A stretch of DNA of 1,759 nt from Naegleria gruberi (lineage: Eukaryota): the NCBI GenBank assembly GCA_000004985.1, contig GG739332.1; one strand, written 5' to 3'. The notes beneath the pieces are model-generated. The model was not told the origin of the DNA. It made no database searches and worked only from the letters and a program-made list of their open reading frames with translations. Every line of letters begins with the position of its first letter. Within the stretch, counting starts at the first letter, position 1. Positions 1-1,759 of the stretch are shown in pieces. The translations under genes were made by a program, and so were the position numbers.

Positions 1-915
1 TATTATTTGCAATGGAGTTGGTATTACCAAAGAATATGGGTACACAATTCCATTTTGTAAAGCGAGAAATCTACTGTTTTGCTGGTCAGTAATGATCATT
101 CCATCAGATGAAAATGTAATACTTGTTGGAGAAGAAAGTTGACAACTCAATGGGTCAACATTAACACAACTCATTGATACGTCAGGGTTGACTGCACCAA
201 TAATTACTTTACAATGAGCAGTATTTTGTCCAGTAAATGTCAAACTTCTAATAACATTATTGCCAGTATCAGCAATGTAAAATATTCCACCATTCTTTGT
301 TATCATTGTTGGACTTTTTAACATAAGCACTGCAGGTTCATAGGTCAATTGCAAAGTATTTAACATTCCACTTGACATATCAACAGTTCTAACAAAACCT
401 CCTGAATTACTCAATCCATTATCCAAAATATATAATATATTAGTAGATTCATCCAAATAAACACCACCTGGTGATGTCAATGAAAATTCAACAGCCAATC
501 CACTTGTCTCTCCAGGAACTGCACAAATTCCATTTCCTGCCACCACAACACTCAAACTTTTCTGAATTTTCCTCACCACACAAAACTGTGTATCTGATAA
601 ATATATTATTTCATCACCATCATCCTCCTCCTTCTCCTTCTCCATCACCACAGATGAGGATGATTGCACATAAATTGGACTCTCGGATATGATCGGAAAA
701 TGATAGGAATCAATGGTATTGCCATAACTTCCTGCCACTATTTTAATATTGTAATTATTTGCTGTTGTGGTTGTGGTTGTTTTAATAATTGTTGAAGTGG
801 TAGTGTTTTGAGTATTAGATGAAGCCAATGAGGAGGGAATGAACAAAATGCTGTTGATGAAGAGAATGAGGATGATAATAATGGAAGAAGAATGGAAGGA
901 CAGGAGTGGGGGCAT
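1..915 (-). CDS. Secreted NHL-repeat (six-bladed beta-propeller family) protein. Only the N-terminal 305 aa lie in the window; the ORF runs off the window at position 1, so the C-terminus is missing. In-window translation: MPPLLSFHSSSIIIILILFINSILFIPSSLASSNTQNTTTSTIIKTTTTTTANNYNIKIVAGSYGNTIDSYHFPIISESPIYVQSSSSVVMEKEKEEDDGDEIIYLSDTQFCVVRKIQKSLSVVVAGNGICAVPGETSGLAVEFSLTSPGGVYLDESTNILYILDNGLSNSGGFVRTVDMSSGMLNTLQLTYEPAVLMLKSPTMITKNGGIFYIADTGNNVIRSLTFTGQNTAHCKVIIGAVNPDVSMSCVNVDPLSCQLSSPTSITFSSDGMIITDQQNSRFLALQNGIVYPYSLVIPTPLQII...
   Basis: Manual reverse-complement translation in the frame of + positions 1,4,7,... shows no stop codon across all 305 codons. That is, no + strand tta/cta/tca triplet occurs in this frame from 1 to 915. 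The first ATG is the complement of 'cat' at 913..915, and an in-frame stop lies just upstream (complement of 'tta' at 931..933). The start context is caaaacaaaATG. The N-terminus is a hydrophobic signal peptide. The downstream sequence contains recognisable NHL blade motifs: GVYLDESTNILYILDNG, GIFYIADTGNNVIRSL and SPTSITFSSDGMIITDQQNSRFLAL. The provided ORF track probably missed it because the ORF is open at the window edge. Confidence 0.85.
   Translation of the reverse strand, partial: MPPLLSFHSSSIIIILILFINSILFIPSSLASSNTQNTTTSTIIKTTTTTTANNYNIKIVAGSYGNTIDSYHFPIISESPIYVQSSSSVVMEKEKEEDDGDEIIYLSDTQFCVVRKIQKSLSVVVAGNGICAVPGETSGLAVEFSLTSPGGVYLDESTNILYILDNGLSNSGGFVRTVDMSSGMLNTLQLTYEPAVLMLKSPTMITKNGGIFYIADTGNNVIRSLTFTGQNTAHCKVIIGAVNPDVSMSCVNVDPLSCQLSSPTSITFSSDGMIITDQQNSRFLALQNGIVYPYSLVIPTPLQII
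58..138 (-). other. NHL repeat blade (aa ~260-286: LSSPTSITFSSDGMIITDQQNSRFLAL).
   Basis: L-x-x-P-x-G-I-x-x-x-x-D-G-x-I-I-x-T-D-x-x-N-x-R-hydrophobic: same blade pattern as the other two repeats. Confidence 0.6.
235..321 (-). other. NHL repeat blade (aa ~199-227: LKSPTMITKNGGIFYIADTGNNVIRSLTF). This is the best match to the canonical NHL motif.
   Basis: P-x-G-I-x-x-x-x-x-G-x-I-F-Y-I-A-D-T-G-N-N-V-I-R is essentially the textbook NHL repeat signature (YVADxxNNRI). Confidence 0.75.
379..474 (-). other. NHL repeat blade (aa ~148-179: SPGGVYLDESTNILYILDNGLSNSGGFVRTVD).
   Basis: Matches the NHL consensus pattern: hydrophobic-Y-hydrophobic-D/A-D-x-x-N-N-hydrophobic, followed by a V/I-R/K-x-hydrophobic pattern. 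Confidence 0.6.
610..654. repeat. Polypyrimidine (+ strand) / polypurine (- strand) low-complexity tract: catcaccatcatcctcctccttctccttctccatcaccac. It encodes the acidic patch MEKEKEEDDGDE of the NHL protein.
   Basis: Read directly. It contains imperfect CTC/CTT trinucleotide repeats, which are the GAG/AAG codons on the coding strand. Confidence 0.8.
757..819 (-). other. Thr/Ser-rich mucin-like linker (SSNTQNTTTSTIIKTTTTTTANN) immediately after the signal peptide. It is a probable O-glycosylated stalk.
   Basis: Read directly from the translation. The TTTTTT run is encoded by the tandem hexamer (ACAACC)n, seen as ggttgt repeats on the + strand at 764..780. Confidence 0.5.
764..780. repeat. 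Short tandem hexamer (GTTGTG/GGTTGT) x ~2.8. On the coding (minus) strand it is (ACAACC)n, encoding the TTTTTT run.
   Basis: gttgtg gttgtg gttgt read directly. Confidence 0.8.
820..915 (-). other. Predicted N-terminal signal peptide (aa 1-32) of the NHL-repeat protein. Cleavage is likely after SLA|SS. A type II signal anchor cannot be excluded.
   Basis: n-region MPPLLSFHSSS; 15-residue hydrophobic core IIIILILFINSILFI; c-region PSSLA, with small residues at -1 and -3 (A at -1, S at -3). This follows the von Heijne rule. Confidence 0.6.
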
Positions 916-1012
916 TTTGTTTTTGAAAGGTTACCTGTTGGAAGAAGGTTTTCTAATTAACTATTAATCAATGACAAACTTTGTTTCTAGTACAGACAGT
1001 TCATAAATTTTC

Positions 1013-1024
1013 AAATCGCGATTT
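1013..1024. promoter_or_regulatory. 12-bp perfect palindrome AAATCGCGATTT with a CGCG core. Candidate dimeric transcription-factor site.
   Basis: Read directly: positions 1013-1024 are self-complementary. This is the only CpG-containing GC cluster in the AT-rich spacer. Confidence 0.35.
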
Positions 1025-1027
1025 TGG

Positions 1028-1036
1028 AAAAAAAAA
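1028..1036. repeat. A9 homopolymer tract in the intergenic spacer.
   Basis: ggAAAAAAAAAtt read directly. Confidence 0.9.
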
Positions 1037-1068
1037 TTAAAATCTTTAAATTTTTATATTTATTTGTG

Positions 1069-1080
1069 AATCCTAGGATT
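1069..1080. promoter_or_regulatory. 12-bp perfect palindrome AATCCTAGGATT with a CCTAGG core. Candidate dimeric transcription-factor site.
   Basis: Read directly: positions 1069-1080 are self-complementary. It shares the outer ATC...GAT arms with the palindrome at 1013-1024. Confidence 0.35.
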
Positions 1081-1117
1081 GTACTTCATGTATGCTTATT
1101 AATAATTTTTGTTTATT

Positions 1118-1156
1118 TGTAAAATGAATCAACGAGTGTAAAATAGATGTAAATTA
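1118..1156 (+). repeat. Three direct copies of TGTAAAWT: TGTAAAAT at 1118-1125, TGTAAAAT at 1137-1144, and TGTAAATT at 1149-1156. They lie 55-90 bp upstream of the F-box ATG.
   Basis: Read directly from the sequence ttgTGTAAAATgaatcaacgagTGTAAAATagaTGTAAATTaag. Confidence 0.4.
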
Positions 1157-1189
1157 AGGGCCTCAATCTTTCACTCGTAATTAGTTTCT

Positions 1190-1209
1190 AAAAAAAGAAT
1201 TAAAAAAAA
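1190..1209. repeat. A7 and A8 tracts (ctAAAAAAAgaattAAAAAAAAatg). The A8 tract directly abuts the F-box gene start codon.
   Basis: Read directly. An A-rich -1..-8 context is the favoured translation-initiation context in several AT-rich eukaryotes, including nematodes and dictyostelids. Confidence 0.85.
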
Positions 1210-1759
1210 ATGATATCATTAGAAAATCAATTACTACCAAGGGAAATTTATCACTCCATTCTCGAGTATTTACCTCTGGAAAATCTCTTCCGATCTGCTA
1301 ATTTAGTTTGCCACGAATTTTATCAAATTATTCATCAAGATCCTTCCTTTCAACTATTATTGTATTTAAATAATTTCTCTCATAATTTCCAAAGAGTAGA
1401 ATCTTGTTTTTTCGATGAAAAAAGTAACAGTTGTGTGATGAGAGTAGAATTGTTGGATCCTAAAGAGAAATTTGTGGATATTTTCATCATGAAAGAATTG
1501 AAAACGATAAAGAATCCGTTTGCTTGGAAGAATATAATTTCATACGAATTGGAAAGACCACTTGTTTTGATTCGAGTTTATAATTTGAAACATTATATAG
1601 AAAAATCTGTTGTGTTACAAGCAATTTTTGATCCAGAACAGGAATGCACAGCTCTGTTCTGTGAATTGTGTAAGCTTTATGAAATGTTGTATCGTAACCG
1701 TGAAACGATGGACATTCTGAATATTTTCAATGTGAAAGATTACAATCGTTCTACCCTTC
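1210..1759 (+). CDS. F-box domain-containing protein. Only the N-terminal 183 aa lie in the window; the ORF continues past the window end. In-window translation: MISLENQLLPREIYHSILEYLPLENLFRSANLVCHEFYQIIHQDPSFQLLLYLNNFSHNFQRVESCFFDEKSNSCVMRVELLDPKEKFVDIFIMKELKTIKNPFAWKNIISYELERPLVLIRVYNLKHYIEKSVVLQAIFDPEQECTALFCELCKLYEMLYRNRETMDILNIFNVKDYNRSTL...
   Basis: Manual translation from the ATG at 1210..1212 shows no stop codon through position 1759. An in-frame TAA stop sits at 1201..1203 immediately upstream, so 1210 is the first possible ATG. An A8 tract directly precedes the ATG. The N-terminal LP-x-EI-xxx-IL-x-YL-P-xxx-L-xxxx-VC-xx-F-xx-II pattern matches the F-box consensus (LPxEIxxxILxxLxxxDLxxxxxVCKxW). 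Confidence 0.8.
   Translation, partial: MISLENQLLPREIYHSILEYLPLENLFRSANLVCHEFYQIIHQDPSFQLLLYLNNFSHNFQRVESCFFDEKSNSCVMRVELLDPKEKFVDIFIMKELKTIKNPFAWKNIISYELERPLVLIRVYNLKHYIEKSVVLQAIFDPEQECTALFCELCKLYEMLYRNRETMDILNIFNVKDYNRSTL
1231..1359 (+). other. F-box motif (aa ~8-50).
   Basis: LLPREIYHSILEYLPLENLFRSANLVCHEFYQIIHQDPSFQLLLY conserves the hydrophobic/LP/VC spacing of the Skp1-binding F-box. Pattern recognition only; no HMM was run. Confidence 0.65.

Larger units (their letters stand above)
916..1209. promoter_or_regulatory. Compact (294 bp) AT-rich intergenic region between the divergently transcribed genes. It is a presumptive bidirectional promoter and holds both 5'UTRs.
   Basis: It is flanked by two ATGs pointing outward (915 on the minus strand, 1210 on the plus strand). 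It is ~75% A+T with homopolymer A tracts, and no ORF of meaningful length occurs in any frame. Confidence 0.7.

Noticed and set aside
471-692. Supplied 73-aa + strand ORF (MMSMKIQQPIHLSLQELHKFHFLPPQHSNFSEFSSPHKTVYLINILFHHHHPPPSPSPSPQMRMIAHKLDSRI).
   Set aside because: It is embedded entirely antisense within a 305-codon stop-free minus-strand ORF that has clear signal-peptide and NHL-repeat content. Its own translation is low-complexity (His/Pro/Ser runs derived from the antisense of GAG/AAG/GAT repeats) and has no recognisable motif.
1013-1024. Hairpin or terminator-like structure from the AAATCGCGATTT palindrome.
   Set aside because: With no loop and only a 6-bp stem it would not form a stable RNA hairpin. 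It is better interpreted as a DNA-level protein-binding palindrome.
1051-1063. TATA-box candidates in the spacer: tttttatatttat on the + strand; TATAAAA on the - strand at ~1057..1051.
   Set aside because: They lie ~135-150 bp from either ATG. In DNA that is 75% AT, TATA-like strings occur by chance at high frequency. Without TSS data the assignment is not supportable.
916-1209. Possibility of introns or 5' exons, i.e. that the true start codons lie elsewhere.
   Set aside because: Both ORFs begin at the first ATG after an in-frame stop, have A-rich start contexts, and begin with sensible N-termini (a signal peptide for one, an F-box for the other). No GT...AG interruption is needed to maintain frame anywhere in the window. 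Splicing outside the window, or SL trans-splicing, cannot be excluded.
916-1209. Giant-virus (mimivirus-like) early promoter AAAATTGA in the spacer.
   Set aside because: The closest string is aaaattaaaa at 1033-1042, which is not a match. The secreted mucin-stalk protein also favours a cellular origin.
1-1759. Prokaryotic or mobile-element interpretation: operon, defence island, CRISPR array, IS element, integron.
   Set aside because: No Shine-Dalgarno-type sites, no direct-repeat/spacer array, and no terminal inverted repeats or transposase-like ORF. The genes are divergently arranged, with a long AT-rich spacer and A-tract start contexts. The encoded proteins (signal peptide plus mucin stalk plus NHL; F-box) are eukaryotic in character.

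Overview
The window reads as an AT-rich eukaryotic genomic fragment, not a prokaryotic locus. It holds two divergently transcribed (head-to-head) protein-coding genes, both running off the window ends, separated by a 294-bp, ~75% AT intergenic region. That region is punctuated by homopolymer A tracts. I checked both ORFs codon by codon: neither contains an in-frame stop, each has an in-frame stop just upstream of its first ATG, and each has an A-rich AAA(A)ATG start context.

(1) The minus-strand gene occupies 915..1 (305 codons in the window; the C-terminus lies beyond position 1). It encodes a predicted secreted protein. The N-terminus is a signal peptide, followed by a Thr-rich mucin-like stretch, a short acidic EKEKEEDDGDE patch, and at least three NHL-type beta-propeller repeats. 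These include the textbook blade motif IFYIADTGNNVIRSL, with paired Cys residues between blades.

(2) The plus-strand gene occupies 1210..1759+ (183 codons in the window; the C-terminus lies beyond the window end). It encodes a protein with an N-terminal F-box (LPREIYHSILEYLPLENLFRSANLVCHEFYQII).

The supplied + ORF 471..692 is almost certainly an antisense artefact. It lies entirely inside the minus-strand gene, and its His/Pro/Ser-rich translation is the reverse-strand reading of that gene's acidic codon repeats.

The intergenic region carries several candidate regulatory elements. Two are 12-bp perfect palindromes with GC cores (AAATCGCGATTT, AATCCTAGGATT). There are three direct copies of TGTAAAWT upstream of the F-box gene. 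A9, A7 and A8 tracts are present, the last directly abutting the F-box ATG.

Codon usage favours GGA, CCA, TTG and AGA. With the AAAA-ATG start context this looks more like a nematode/invertebrate than Dictyostelium. That organism assignment is inference only.

I see no CRISPR array, no rRNA or tRNA gene, no transposon termini, and no evidence of a novel defence or mobile system. The most interesting things here are the architecture of the secreted NHL-propeller protein and the compact bidirectional promoter with its palindromes.
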